This document shows, in pieces, positions 36,106-50,402 of a stretch of DNA of 64,000 bases. Under the pieces are notes generated by a model. The model had not been told where the DNA came from and did not search any database. It saw nothing but the letters and a program-made list of their open reading frames with translations. Numbering within the stretch: position 1 is the stretch's first letter; the number at the start of each line of letters is the position of its first letter. A program made the position numbers and the translations under genes. The DNA is from Callorhinchus milii (taxonomy: Eukaryota), in contig NW_024704743.1 of assembly GCF_018977255.1 (NCBI RefSeq), positions 47,308,001 through 47,372,000 on the forward strand, given 5' to 3'.

Positions 36106-38819
36106 ATTTCACTTTGTTTCTTTAATTTCATCCAAATAGGTTAGTAATAGTACAAAAGGGCTATCAAAGAACTTTGGACTTAAAGAATGGCAGTGGAATA
36201 TCGAGATGTAGCCAGCCCACTGTGGCGGTTTCAGTTATCCGCTTCCTGAGCCATGTGGGTCCACAGTATTCCAGGGCTCTGCTGATGCCAGCACATGCAG
36301 CCTCTCTCATTAGCAGGACCAGGAAGGGTAGACTAGTCACTGGGGGCCGGGAGTCATCCCACTCAGCTCCTGTTAACCCTGCAAGCCAAATCCTGAACGG
36401 GTAAGGTGGTCCTCACTGGACAAGCAGCAGCAAAGCTTGCTGAACAGCAATATCAATGGGAAGCTAATCAGTTTTAGCTGGTTGGACTCCAGCAGTGCTC
36501 CAATGCACAGTCTGGAGTCTACAAGCCTTGGCTCTTGCCAACCTGTGTCTAAGCGCTCTGAGAAGCTACCCTGCATGGAGGGCACTATATAAGTGCAAGC
36601 TGTTGTTGTTGTTGTTGTTGTAATACTTTACAAAATTAGGTAAACAGAATGTATCTCTCCAGGGAGAGAATGCGCATTCTGTTCCAATAAATATTTTGGG
36701 CATTTCTTTCTATAGGTGGGATACAAGGAACTCTCTATTTAGCTTGGATACTCTTAAGTGTGTTTATGGGTTTCCACATGTGTCAGATATCCTGCTGACA
36801 CCAAAACAGACAAGAGTACTCCCACTCTCATCTTCATGTCGCCCTGAGCTCCATGAATCATCATAGAAGCCTGGTTGTCTGAAGATTCATGTAGCTCAGA
36901 GATCTCCAACCAGTTGATCGCCATGAGGTCAATAAAAACAAGAGGAAGGAGTGATATTTATCTCAGTTTAAACGTTAAAGTTTATATTTTTATTTCGTGA
37001 AACATGATTATGCATGAAATACTTAGTGCATGTGGCTTCGGCTTCAATTGGACTCAATAAGTATGCAGGTTTACCGCTACTTCCTCTTATCTTTTTGATC
37101 ATGTGCGAGAGTCCCATCAACTGGCGATCGACCGGTCAGAGACCCCTGATGCAGCTGGTATTTTATTGAATCTTGAATTGAAAGACTGCTTGGATATTAA
37201 AATAAAATAAACAATTCCATTTTTAAAGAACTGAACAAAATAGGTCAAAAGGCTCGTGATTCTCTGTCCACCTAAACTCATGTACATTCTCCCAGGCATA
37301 CCTCTGAAAGAAAGTTCTGTTCAAATACTCTTTGTTCCCCAAATGTAACCAAAGTAAACTCCACAATATTTATTCATCTGTATTATTAAAGCTGTCCTAT
37401 TGCCTTTTGCAGATCTCATGTCACTATTCTCAGCAAAACAGGAACCATTCTGTTACATTGTGCTTTTTATACAAGTCTCTTTAACTCACTATCCTGCTTC
37501 CAGACAGATATATATATATAGATATATATAGCTACTTTGTGAAGGAATTAAATATCGAAGCATTATTATTTATATCACTTTATTGGAAAGGTTGAACACT
37601 TACTGTGCTTCTAGCCTGTCATGCCCTTGAATAAATCTCAGCCTAGGAGCTATTTAACCTGCGGACATTTGTATAATTGGTCCTTGTCTTTGTCTTAAGT
37701 GCTGATAAAGTGAGAAGGTGACTTGGACTAGAAACCCAATGACAAGTGGGTTGTAGATGTCTCTTGCTAGCTGCATTTCCAGGATGTTTAGTGTTACCAG
37801 CAACATGAATCTATAAAATTGCTGCTATTTTGATGGCATTGCCTGAATGCTTGTTATCCCCAGATAACCGGGACACACAGACATCCCAATTACAAACAAC
37901 CCTCAGACTTTGACATAAAATTGATAAGTGGGAGTTTGGAGAAACAGTTATGAACTTAACTGAATTGATTTAATCTAAATTGATTGCCATTGATTTAAGA
38001 TGAGCTTTTCCACATCCGAACTATAATAAATAATCCTTGCATTTTATATCGCACCTTATCACGTTGTTGCGACGTCTCAAATTGCTTCACAGGATATACA
38101 ACAGTGAAGAAGGAAAAATGGGGAACACCAGAGAAGGTTCAAGTGGGAGATTATTATATTCGTCAACATCCTAAAGGGCAATACTAATCCTTATCACATC
38201 ATTGAGATGTCTCAAAGTGCTTCACAAAACATATTGGAAAGTGGATTGACTGTGTAAAGATAAACTGAATTGTTTATCACAGTCTCGCCCTTTGGCTCAG
38301 GCACTCTACCACAGGACTCAAGATTAGAAGTGGAAAGGGTACAGGTAGATTAGATTTCATTGTTTTAGAGAAAGATGGTAGATACAGTATGTTGAATGGG
38401 AGTCGGCAGTGGCTGAATGGGAGAGAGTGGTGGCTGAATGAGAGACCATGCTGGCCAAGTGAAGTTTCAGCAGCAGGAATACCATCCTGAATCACAGGGC
38501 AGACATAATTTAAATTGATAACACAACCAAGGATGAGGATGATGATCTGGAAATAAATGACAAAATTGCATACAATATAGAATGTTGTTATGTAGGCGAG
38601 TTATATCCAGAGTTGGCTGGAAATTAGCAAAGAATTGCAGTTCAGCTCTCCAGTCAATTGTTGGTATTTCAAGGTGGTAGATCTAAAGACACACAGAAAG
38701 GAGGTTGACTCGAAAAGAGGGGGAAAAGAATAAAATAAAGAACACTACTAGATGTCCTGTATTTTTAAAACTGTTTGTTACACACGAATAAGCAATCTGA
38801 AGTAATTTTAATTGTTGTA

Positions 38820-41800
38820 ATAACCGCATTGCCAGAGTGCTTTATTAATTATATTGCAGTGATATTTAACATTTTTACAAATACACGTATCCTCTAGCTA
38901 GATGAGAAAGAAATGTAAAAATTTAAAATAATTCAACAGATTTAATAAAGTCATTACTCAATTGCAACAATGAATGTGCTCATAAAGCATAAGCTTAAAG
39001 TACAATAACAAAAAAAAGTAAGTGCCGCAAAACAAGTATTTACAAGTATGTACCAAATATTTACTCCTTGTACCAAGGAAAGTGGTTAACAAACATCCAC
39101 AAAATAACAAAAGATGAATGTTGTCCACACTATGATACCAATGAGTACCAAAGCTTAAAAGATATGAACTATTTTGTTGGCCTGGACTGTAACCAGTTCT
39201 ATCCTAGATTGCTTTGGTGTCTGAAAGTTTGAATTGGATTGCTGAAAAAGCACTGGACATTTCAACAAACTAGGAATATATTCCAGAGTCTGTAGATACA
39301 CACTGACGAGTTCTAAAATGTAACTTAGATGGGTCAAAAGGAAACCTTGTCTCAGCGATTAGTTAGTGTGGCGAGAAATTAAATTATTATTTCACCATTC
39401 GAACTCCACACATGTGGTCATAGTTACTTCTAGGGTTTTTAAAGTGTATTCATATGCATCTATATGATTTCAGACAGAAAAGGCTTCAGTGGATTTCCTA
39501 TTTAAACCATATTGCTTTTAAACATTGCTAATTCCAATCAGCTGAGCTGCAAGTGTAGTTACTCACTAGTTACTGTGTTAATCAGCAGATGCAAAGCACC
39601 CTCTGAATTAACCGTGTATGTGGAAAATAACAGAAGTTGAATACTCTTATTGATGTGTACATTACCCTTGGCATTTCAATGATGATGATAATTGAACAAG
39701 GAAACAGCAACTCCATTAAAGGAAATTGCACATCCAGTTCAGACAAGTTTCTCAAAGATTAAGCTGTCTGGAGATACAACCATTCCAGCACACATCTAGG
39801 AACATAGGAGAACCAGAACAGTATGAAGCCATTCAGCCCATCAAGCCTGTTCCACTAGTTATCTAGTTACTAGTTTCTGGGTTTTTTTTATAGGTACACA
39901 AAAACACCCAACTCCTAGGAATCGATACAGCTTTGAAGCTTTCTGATAACTGTTCCGGGGAACCATTATAAAAAGCTTTTTACAACAATTTTAAGACCAA
40001 ACAAAATCATTTAATGATTTATATTTGACATTATAATTGTGCTCAATGGTGCTTCCACAGTAACAGCAAATCAGAAACTAGGGAAACCATCAGGCAAATT
40101 TAATTTTGGGGAAAATGTTGAGAAATCTCAAAATCCACATGCATGTAACCAGAGCTTGTTCAACATTGCACTTTGAGCAAAATAATTCTCTCTCATCGAA
40201 CTTGATCCATTTTCCTCTTTGCACTTGTATTAAAATATTTGAAATAAAAGGACAATCATGATGTACAAAGTTAACAAGAAATATCAATTAATACTTTTAC
40301 TGAAAACTTGTACGGTTTAAAGATTTTACATGAAATAAAATGCCACTCAATCGTTCTCTGGAATGTATACTGTGAATACTTTGACTGATTTTTAATTTGG
40401 TCCTTATGAGTCAATAAACAATCTACAATGTGTACTCCATGGCGTGTTTTACATAATCTGATAGAAAGAACAACTACACACATCACTAATAATATATAAA
40501 AAGGATCAGGACAAGGTACTGAAGGTATTGAAAGGTCTGGTAAAGATTCCCAATTAGGACTTGTGGTCAACTCAATAGTGAATCCGAGATAACATTTTCA
40601 GGAGACAAAACCATGGGATAATACTGAACCAAACATACGGACTAAGATCTGAGACTTTGTGTTGAAGTAACTGAGAAGTAATACTGCACAAAATGGTTTT
40701 GGTCAGTCAATCCTTGGACACAAAGTAGAATGTAATAGCTTGTCACCAGAAGGTAGAATATAACTAAACTGTAAAGCTTAAGTAATGGATTTGTTCTATG
40801 CTACACTTTAATAAAAATATATTTGTAACTATAAGGAATTCTTTGCAACAAAAAGGCTTGTTCGTGAAGCCAACGCCACTTCATAAGAATCCACCTAATC
40901 CTTGTCTATATTAACTGAGAATTGAAGGGTGTGCTTCTTTTAGAAAGTAGCTTTAAAACAAAGGAAACTGCTCGTAAGCAACAAAAAAGTGCATGAAATT
41001 CCTCTAACTGGTGCTGCATCATTTCTCTTATTAATGATTATTAATAAGGTCATTAATAAGTCTGTAAATAGATTTGCCAGAACAGAGTTCCCATAGGTCA
41101 GTGTGATATACTTGAACAAGTCATTTGTGATTTGGGGTGGTTATATTCATATTTATGTTTTGGAGTCATTATTAACAACTCCTGTACAAATCAACACAAT
41201 TTAGTCTTAAATTTACCAAAGCTACACTTTATACCATGAGAATTTTTTTGCCTAATGTCTCCATGTGCAGCTGTGCATATGATGCTCTCCTTTTCCTGAA
41301 TTCTGCATAAACATTGGGGGATGAAAAGGAGCTTGAGGGAAAGTGCCGGAGCAAATGACACTGCAACAGTGGGAAAAGTGCCTCAGATTTTAAGATGCGA
41401 TCACATATATATCACTTTAACCTGTGGGAACTCAGTGCTGGGGGATTTCAGGTAGGAGCTGAGGTCTTGTGGGTGATTCATATGGAGTTTGCTGCAGAAT
41501 ACACACTTTACATCCCGCAATGTCTTTTTTCCTGTATTGAGGTTTCACTTGTTCTGCCATTTTCCCTCCAAGTGTTTCGGCAACCTCATTGTCTATTTGT
41601 CTGACCAGCTCGTAGGTTGAAGGCCTCAATGAAGCCCAACCTTACAACTGCAGGTGCATAACAGTATGGGTTTGATATTTCTCACAACACCAACATTAGC
41701 AGAATTCAGGTGGTAGCACTTATCAAATGTTTAGTACTACTACAACAACATTACATTTGCATAGCACCTTTTACGTCGGGAGGATGTCCCAAGGCGCTGG

Positions 41801-44800
41801 GCAATCAGTGTTTTGGACCCGAGCAGGGTTTGGTATCAGGGAGGGTGGATGTTGTGAATGTGTGTATTAGGGTTTACACCTATATTCCTCCCTTTCAAAT
41901 TCCAGCATAAAACATCTGTTCACAAAAATATCCTATTCAGCTTGTTAAGGCCTTGTTAAAGTAGAAGAAGGAAAAAAATGGGAAGAAGTCCACATCTGAG
42001 AAGAGTACTGCTAAGGTACTTTACTGCTATCAAAAATGCTTTGTTATAGGTGGTTCCTGATTAGCTTCTACTTGGGCATAAGCAGTAACATCATCACTTT
42101 AAGGTTACTGAGCTTTGTGGGATTTCAGGCACACGATTGTGATGTTGTTAAAGTTACATTGGGATTTCCACTCATTTTTAAATGCTCTTATAAATGTCAT
42201 CACCTCTCAGATATCCAGGTCCACTGGATCGGGTGATGGTGCACTTATACAAAAGTGCACAAATGTACATCAGAGTTAAGTACAATGTGCTTCTTCTTTT
42301 ATCTTAATACCCAGTCTGGTAATCCAATACATTCCCATCTATAATTCATGCCTTCTCTTTCATTCTGTTTAAATCAGTTGCAGATTTATGGAGCTACCAC
42401 CACCCATAATAGTGAAAGCAAAGGACCACAAATAATCTGGAGTGATTAAGCAAAATATAATGGTAGCAAAAAAAATGCAAGTGAAGGAAGTTCAACTCCG
42501 TCAGTAAAGTGCTGCTGAACACCATGTAGATTCATTAGGTTTAACTTCTCTTTTGACCTGACATGCTTTTCAAAACTAGGACTCTTATTGACGCTTCAGG
42601 CAGTGCTTATGAAAGGGATCAAGCAAATACTGTCATGTTCTAATATACCTCACGAATAATGATGCTGTTTTGGGAGAGTAACGTAATGCAAGGAACCAAA
42701 TAGATCTGGGTCTTAATGCAGCCGTGGGATTTAGCTAGAGTTGGTTACTATCTTTAGATGATTACTATCTTTAGCAAAACAGATTCTGCTGTAAATATTT
42801 GATTCGGTGATGCCTCTCTACACTTTAACGCATTCATTTCTTGATGAAGTGCATACTTGACTTTACATTTTAACAGCTGTTAACAATTATCTGTACTATT
42901 TTAATAATCTTTTATTCCATCCTTGTTAATTATATTAAAGGGGGATGGTAATGTTAGGTACAAGTACGTTCAATGTAATTAACCCTTTGCACACCACACA
43001 AACTGTGTCCAAATACTGCTTTAAAAGGAGAGAATTTTTTTTAGTGAAAAAATTCTCTACAGTTTCATGTATTGACATATCTCAAGAATGGACATGTTCA
43101 GATGCCATCAGTTACTAGCAAACTCTCTCCCCCATGCCATCATGGTCTTCATTCTGCTGGTTGATGTGTTCACTTCTACTGATACCTCATTTGATAAAGA
43201 CTTTGTTAAGTGTTTTATCTTTGACTGGCATGAGGTTCTTTGAGGGCCACAAAGGCAACCCAGAAAGTGAGCTATGAGGAATGATAAGATAAGCTATGAC
43301 TATTTAGCCTTGAAACGAAAACAGGATAGAGTAAGTAAACTGGAACAATACTTTCAGATACATCAGGAAAGTGGACAAGGTTCAGAGTTGTGAAGAGCAT
43401 CTTAGGATACACCCTAGGAAGAATTCATTTACAAAGAGGGTATTGAGCAGTTGGAACAGATGACCAGGAAGAGAGGGATAAGCCAGGACACCAAACTCAA
43501 TTAGGTAACAGTTTGATGGTGCAATAGAAAGAGGGGAGAGTCAATATTATAGAAGCATGCGATTAAATGGTCTGTGAGCCTTCTCCATCCGATGAACACT
43601 GTGAGTTTAGCCAGATATTCTAAAGATTTACCCAATTGAAATTTGGGGGTAAAGTAAGGAGAACCTTGGATTGTCAGTGTTGTGTAAAAGGACAGGATTG
43701 ATGAGACAAATTACTCTCGTTTCATGCTTCCTATGTTCTCTTCTTATGAAAAATAAATTTACTCAAGGCTGTAGAGCAGTCTTTGCTCATTCATATTTAC
43801 ATACATGAAGCTAGAAAGCAATCAAAGCGTTTGGTTATCGAAAATGGTATGTATCAAATGGATATGTGAGGGCATCAAGTTATATTGAAAGCACTTCTCT
43901 GACTATTGACTCCCTCATTAAAATTTGTTTTAGAAAATGTGGAATCAAATACTTTGTCTTCAGCGTGAAAAGTCAGTAACTTTTATATGGCACAGATTTA
44001 ACATAGAAGTCTTTGACAAATGTGATATTAGTTGTGTTCACCTCAGCCATGCTAGTCACTGAACACATTAATTTTGTCGTCTTTTTATCATTAGAAATAC
44101 AATTTGTATTATTCACATCAATATAATGCAATGGGCATTTGTAAGACCATCTCTACTTAGGTAGTTCTGTAATAGACTTACAACTTGGCCAGAAACTTCG
44201 ACTGACTGTGATCTTTACTAGTCTGAATCTTTACAAAGATCTTTTAATACCATCAGTGTTACCAACCAGAACTAATACTATCTGAGCAAAATTGCAGCAT
44301 ATAGTACAATATGTAGTAGATTTCCAGTGCTTAAAACATTCATTGTTAACACACTAATCTAAAGCAGGTATTTAATATAACCCCAAGAGATTGACTGTTG
44401 GGTGAACCAGGATAACTCAAACTGAATCCGATTTGTCACATTCATGGCTGCCCTGATTCACTTTGTGTGTGACAGTCACAATGAAATCGAATGTTTTCTT
44501 TCCACGTGGGAGATGGCTAGAAATTTGTAACAAATATTTATGCGAGTAGGAGAGTGCTTAAAGTGCAGTGTGACAGTGCGTTGAAGGATTTCTGTGCATC
44601 ATAACAAGAATACTGTTACATCAAGAGCTGTAGGGGTAGATTGTCCAATATCTATGGTTTCTGGTGCTAGAGAATACTATGACAGGCAATGGAAGATTAT
44701 TTTTGAAGTCAACAATCTCAGTCCAGGGCAGCCAAACATTTGGAAATAGCACATGGTCTGTGTGCAGGGGAAGAATATAGGGGCTATCTACACACCACAG

Positions 44801-46173
44801 AACCCATTCTGCAATCCAGGAGACCATACTGCCCATCAAGCCTATGGTGGCGCCAGTAACTCCACTGGAGCCACTGACTCGAATCCTAATTTTCTGCTTT
44901 GCTTGTTGTCTCTATCCTTACCTTCAGCTCTTTATCCAATTTCCTTATTCATCTTAATGGCTTTTTCCTGTCTTAAAAATTGTTACATATAAAATGAGCT
45001 TATTTATACTTTCAAAATATCAAATCAATTTAAAATTAAAGCTCAATCTATATTTAAGAAATACTAATGTTTTTCAGACATCAGTACTGTTACTTGCTGC
45101 CTGCACTTATTTCACTGAAGTGTTCTTTTCTTATTAAATGAATTCCTATGAACTGTTAATTGCCTCTCCACACATTCCCCGTCCTTTTGGGAAGAAAGCA
45201 GATAAATAATGCTACCTAGCTAATTCTTTCTTTCCTCCTAGGATCATTGCTTCACATTTATGTGACCTACAATTTTTGCTCAGATAAATTAATATTGGTG
45301 CAGAGGCCACTGTTGTAATTTTTGAAACATCACTAGAAGATGTTCATGACTTGTAGAACTCAATGTCATGGACGATTTCCTGTTAATATTAGGTAGACAC
45401 TGATACCTCTGTATAGCATGGAAATCTTCTGCATGTTATTCTTATGGTGAATCTTAACACATTATGCTGTAGTAGGTATCCAAAACACATCTTAATGAAA
45501 GAACTGAATAATCTGGTTAACTAAAAATAGACTCTTAAGTAACTTTACAGATCAATAAAATCACAGTTCTGTCATATATCGAAAATAATGGCTCATACTG
45601 GGGAGTGTCACATAATGACTTGTCTCTTAATATTGAAATAATATAAAATTCAATATATTTGTGCTGACCTCATAGGTTAGTCTTTAACATCAAATTATAA
45701 AGTTTGGATTTTCAGTGCAAATGAACAGTTCTAAGAAGCAGAAACTGCACGAAAAGCTGCATCTATGGACTGGAGGTTTCTGTTCCGTAATGCTGGGCAC
45801 CTCAATCCAGTTGATTACGTGGTAAAAAGCAGACCACATTAGATCTCGGCTGGAGATAATGGATGAAGACTATGTACAAATATTATAATAATGTTCAGAA
45901 AGTTCAAAAGTTCTCAGCGGAACCTTCAAATTGGTACCAGCAAGTTATGAGAAAGCATTAAAGCGTCCCCAAGCTATTAGCACATTAATTGCATATTTCC
46001 CTTTTTCATAACTAAGTAAAAAAACATAGCATTTTGATAATAACTATTAAAATGAAAGCAAAAGTCTTTTTCTCGCAAATGTGTATCTGATTCCAGGGTT
46101 ATGCTGATGTTCCAAAAGTTCTGACTGGGGGTGGTAGTGTTTCAGCTACCATAGTCCTGATAGAAGGCAGTGT
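38820..46173 (-). other. CREB5: Probable long 3' UTR of CREB5
   Basis: AT-rich and strongly depleted of young SINE/L2 copies relative to flanks; ends at an AATAAA with downstream GU-rich sequence. Extent is inferred. Confidence 0.6.
38841..38846 (-). terminator. Candidate CREB5 polyadenylation signal AATAAA
   Basis: Plus-strand tttatt at 38841-38846; on the minus strand it follows U-rich sequence and precedes ttattcgtgtgt and T-rich tracts; coincides with the edge of the repeat-poor block. Confidence 0.55.
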
Positions 46174-46337
46174 TCAGAGGATAGGATTGCGATCTGTTCT
46201 CTGACTGGTGAGCTGGTTGAGAGCAGAGCTTCCCACTACCTCACTAATGGCAGTCGAAGTGCTAATAGAGTTGTGCTGGATGACTTGCTGTTGAGAGCAG
46301 GCAGGAACAGGACTTCCTGTTGGACTGCTCTCAGGAC
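46174..46337 (-). CDS. CREB5: CREB5 terminal coding exon (SPESSPTGSPVPACSQQQVIQHN...RTDRNPIL*)
   Basis: Acceptor tctttttgccccctcgccag|GT completes a split Ser codon. C-terminus ...NPIL as in CREB5. TGA at 46176-46174. Confidence 0.95.
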
Positions 46338-47613
46338 CTGGCGAGGGGGCAAAAAGAGACATTCAGTATCAGTGTTATCTAAGTCGCTGCTTAAAAGGCA
46401 TGGAAAAGTAGGTTTTAAAACCAACATGTAGTAAACTGCTCAGCTTGTCTGGGTTGCATGCTTATATTGCAGCTGATTTTTTTTCCATTTTGTTAAATAT
46501 TTCTATCAGTCTTTTAGTCTTTTAAATTTGTTTTTTGTTTTGCATATTATTTTTTGAACAGACGTTGCTAAAAGTGTGTTAAATATTGGGTGGAATACTG
46601 GCTTGATAACGAAAAGGGTTAGAAAATCCTACCTCCATTTCCAATAGTTACCCAACAGAACATTTACGAGCCCCAAATTCAGCAAAGGGAACATTGACTG
46701 GGAACCCAAGCTGTGTGTGCACTGTGTGTTGCATTTCCTATTTGGCATGTGTGTGTCTGTGTGACTGACTGAGCTTTATATGGGCAAAACAAACATGGTT
46801 TAACATGGTTAAAAACTGGTTCTCACCAAGGTAGCCCACCAAATTTGTTTCCTGGATTTCTTTTTTCAGTGAAAATCAGTAAAAACTGAAAAAATAAATA
46901 ATTGTATTAAACATTTCTCGTTGTCACCTGGGTCAACAATTTGTAAAAAAAAAAGACTGAGATAAAGGAATTAATTTTGTACAGCTATTAACTATGACCT
47001 ACCTAACTAGTCAAACTACTGGGACATTGGGGGATTTTATTTAAATGCTTATGTAAACCGTGAGTCCAGAACATTTTATAAAGTTCTTCCAAGGTTAATT
47101 TCTAAAACAACTGTTTGTCAAAAGATTTCCATACCAACGATAGGTTCTGTGGTTTACACGTGTATCTCAGTTTCATTACAATTATTGTGACATTGTACAG
47201 CTACAATGACTAATACTGTAGCGATTCAGTTACTCACATTCCCACTAACACCTGTCCGTGTATGCCAAGATCTTCGATGTGAAAAAACTTATAGCACCGG
47301 GAAGCATATATTTAAAAAGCTTTACAAAAACTTTTCTTTTTTTTTCAGTCAGTTCATGATGTGAAATCCACTATCTACACTGATAGCATGTGCTTAAAGT
47401 GGGGAGTGCCATCATAGACATACACACCACTAAAGGTCAGCAAATTTACTGACAGTGGATAATATGTGCTTCCTGCCAAAGATTGTTCAATGTAGCAACA
47501 AGGATGTTTTTTTTAGATAATACTTTTCTGTAGATCCGGTCAGAGACCCACATCCCAAACCTTCATGTCTTCCTTGTTTTGGTGAGTTGTACTAACAGGT
47601 GAATTGTACTCAC

Positions 47614-47722
47614 TCATGTAGCCTTGTGACTCTTTCTGCATTGCTGTGATCGGACAGTCTTTATGTGTCAGTAACAGCTGCTTCAGCTGTGCCACCTCAT
47701 TCTTCAATAGAGAGACCTCATT
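47614..47722 (-). CDS. CREB5: CREB5 exon: leucine zipper (NEVSLLKNEVAQLKQLLLTHKDCPITAMQKESQGYM); 109 nt, ends phase 1
   Basis: Heptad leucines and LLLTHKDCP motif. Acceptor cacttacag|AAT; donor ATGA|gtgagt. Confidence 0.96.
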
Positions 47723-48784
47723 CTGTAAGTGCAGTTGAAGGAACCATGAAAACTCTTCGTTGATTAAGAGATTAAACAGTTGAAGTACTAGGTTTATTGA
47801 GTACACCTGACATTTACACACCACACTTAACAATACCTGCTATTTTATAAGATGGCATTTGAGGACAAAGCTTGTCAAGTGCCCATTATAGCATAAATAC
47901 TTGTTTTTCTTACCTAAAACCAAGCTATTGATTACATGACTGGAGCAAGGTGTTATGAATTTGTGTTTTCAATTAACTCACGGGGCTATAGAAAACCTAA
48001 ATTTGTTGATTGCACAGAATTTTTGGGGAAGGCAAATTATGAGGAGGAATGCAGAAGAATGCATGAGGACATTGAAAGGTTAGTGGAAAAGGCAATTAGC
48101 TAGACAATATATAGAAATGCAAAGCAGTACATTTTGGGAGGAAAAGAAAGAAAACAAAGCCCAATAGTTAGTTCCGGTAAGAGAGCTATCACAAGCACTA
48201 ACAAACCCCGTGCTGCAAATATTCTATGACTGCACACTGTCCCCATGAAATGTTTCAAGACATCATCCCACATTAAAGGCCTTATTATACATGCACATTG
48301 TTGTTGATTCTATGAAGTACATTGTAGATTAATTGCATAATTATCTATGGATCCACGATGATTCATCATATTAGGATTAAATGGAGTCATTCAGCATAAC
48401 CAAAACCAAATAAATATTCAAACTACACGTTCAGACTGTGAGCAGCGACTACAGCACCAACAGAAACACCAAAAAACTAATTGCACAAATAGTGTTTTAT
48501 TACATGTATGTGGATGATATAAGGATGCTTATTTTAGAAATTAATCTTATGCTGTTTCATTAACATAACTGAACTGACTTTTGGCCTGTGGTTGGTTCAT
48601 TTGAAATAATGACATGAACAGATTAACTAGCGATAGTTTGCAAAATAACTATTACTTGACAGGATTGAATGGAGACTGATGCTGGCAGATCAGGATATAC
48701 TGCAAAGACAACATGTGTGAATGTGTGTGGGTGGTGGGCAGTTGAATTGGATTGCACTGTAATGAAAACTGTACCTTGCTCAGA

Positions 48785-49200
48785 AAGTAAAGAGGAAGCG
48801 TGGGGTAAGCTATGCTTTTTCGCCTTCCAGGAGGTGAGGATTTTGTAACAGACAAGAGTTTGCAGAGTGGAGATGACGAGTAGAAGAGTAAGACTGGAGA
48901 AGATTATTGAGGTATGGAGTTGGGAGGGCGTGAAGGGATTTGTAGGTGACAGTGAGGACCTTAAAGTTGACCTGCTGGGAAGCTGTGAGCCAGTTGAGCC
49001 TGGCAAATATGCGAGTGATGGGCATGTAAATTAGAGTTCTGGATAAGCTGCAACATTTGGGTGGTGGAGTTGAGGAGGTCCGCAAGGAGGGCATTTGAAG
49101 TCATCTGGAATTGATAAAGGCAAGAATTGGCCGCAGTGAGTTTAACAGGGTGGAGATGGGTGATGTGGCAAAGATGCAGAGAAGGTCAGAAGAAAATGGA
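48785..49200 (-). mobile_element. Older L2 fragment in a CREB5 intron
   Basis: ITRIFARLNWL..VNFKVLTVTYKSLH. Confidence 0.7.
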
Positions 49201-49505
49201 TCTTAGTTTTGAGTGTGTTAAAGTATTAATATGTGCTCATTCTCTCTCTCTCTCTCACACACACACAATGAATTCCTATGTGTTTATTTGGAAAATGGAA
49301 CAGGAGGGATGAATGACAGAAACCAATCCTTCTTGTAGAATGATTCATACTTGCATATTGTTTGATGGGGAGTAAAAGTTTAATCTCTTTATTGTTTAAG
49401 GAAGGGTTAGAAAACATTAGATATGACCAGCAGAACACAGGATTATTCAGAAAGGGATTTTAATGGGTTCAGCATATTATTAGCACTGATAAGAAGGCTC
49501 CATAC

Positions 49506-49733
49506 CTGAAGTTGCATGTTTGTTTGTGTGAGCTCTTCTGCTTTCTTTTCTAACGACAACACCCACACCTTTCTCTTCTGCCTGCAGCGTGTTGCAGCTG
49601 CGCGGTTTCTTTCCAGAAACTTCCGTCGCCTTTCGTCTGGGTCTTCATCCACAACCCTTCTTCTCCGCCCCCCGCTGGTCTGAGTTGGATGCACTGACTG
49701 TGGAGAATGCATCTGTTGTGCTCCAGGCGAGAC
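49506..49733 (-). CDS. CREB5: CREB5 exon: basic region and start of leucine zipper (VSPGAQQM...GGRRRRVVDEDPDERRRKFLERNRAAATRCRQKRKVWVLSLEKKAEELTQTNMQLQ); 228 nt
   Basis: ATF2-family bZIP basic motif with CREB5-type residues (AAATRC, ELTQTNMQLQ). Acceptor tttcctgctag|GTC; donor CAG|gtatgg; in frame with flanking exons. Confidence 0.97.
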
Positions 49734-50041
49734 CTAGCAGGAAACATCAAATGTCATTTGGGAAATTAATTTTGATGTAGATGATCAAAAAATTAAACTA
49801 ATAATAGGATTAAGTTTGTCCAAACTATTTTCTTTCTCATAACACTCATCTGAACACCATCAAAACACCAGTCAATAAATTTCTGAAGTAGTTTTCAACT
49901 AACTTCCTATTTCCTTTTGCCCTGAATCTGTAATCAATACATTGGGAAGAGTGCTGCCCCTTGAGGTTGAACCAATCCCTATTTGAATTTGGTAAAATTA
50001 TAAGATTTTTGTACTCTCATGTGAAATATGTAATTTTGTCA

Positions 50042-50402
50042 AACAACAACAACAACAAGATTCCATTTATTGAGCGCCTTTCACGTCGGGAGGACGTCCC
50101 AAGGCGCTGTACAGTTAGGTCAGGACCCGAGCAAGGGGGAAATGGTCAGGGTGAGGGGAGGGAAGGGAGGGAACGAGGAGGGGGTAGAGAGTCGAGAGGG
50201 GAGCTGAAGGCACAGTCAAAGAGAAAGGTCTTGAGACCGGCCTTGAAGGAGGAAAGGGAGGAAGCGGCGAAGGCACTGGGGGATAGAGTTCCAGACCCTA
50301 GGGGCTGAGAGGCTGAAGGCCCGGCCACCGATGGTAGGGTGGTTGGGGCGGGGGATGTGGAGCAGACCGGAGCCAGAGGAACGGAGGGTACGGGCAGGTA
50401 GG
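50042..50402 (-). mobile_element. L2 3' end
   Basis: PTIGGRAFSLSAPRVWNSIP; (CAA)n tail. Confidence 0.88.
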
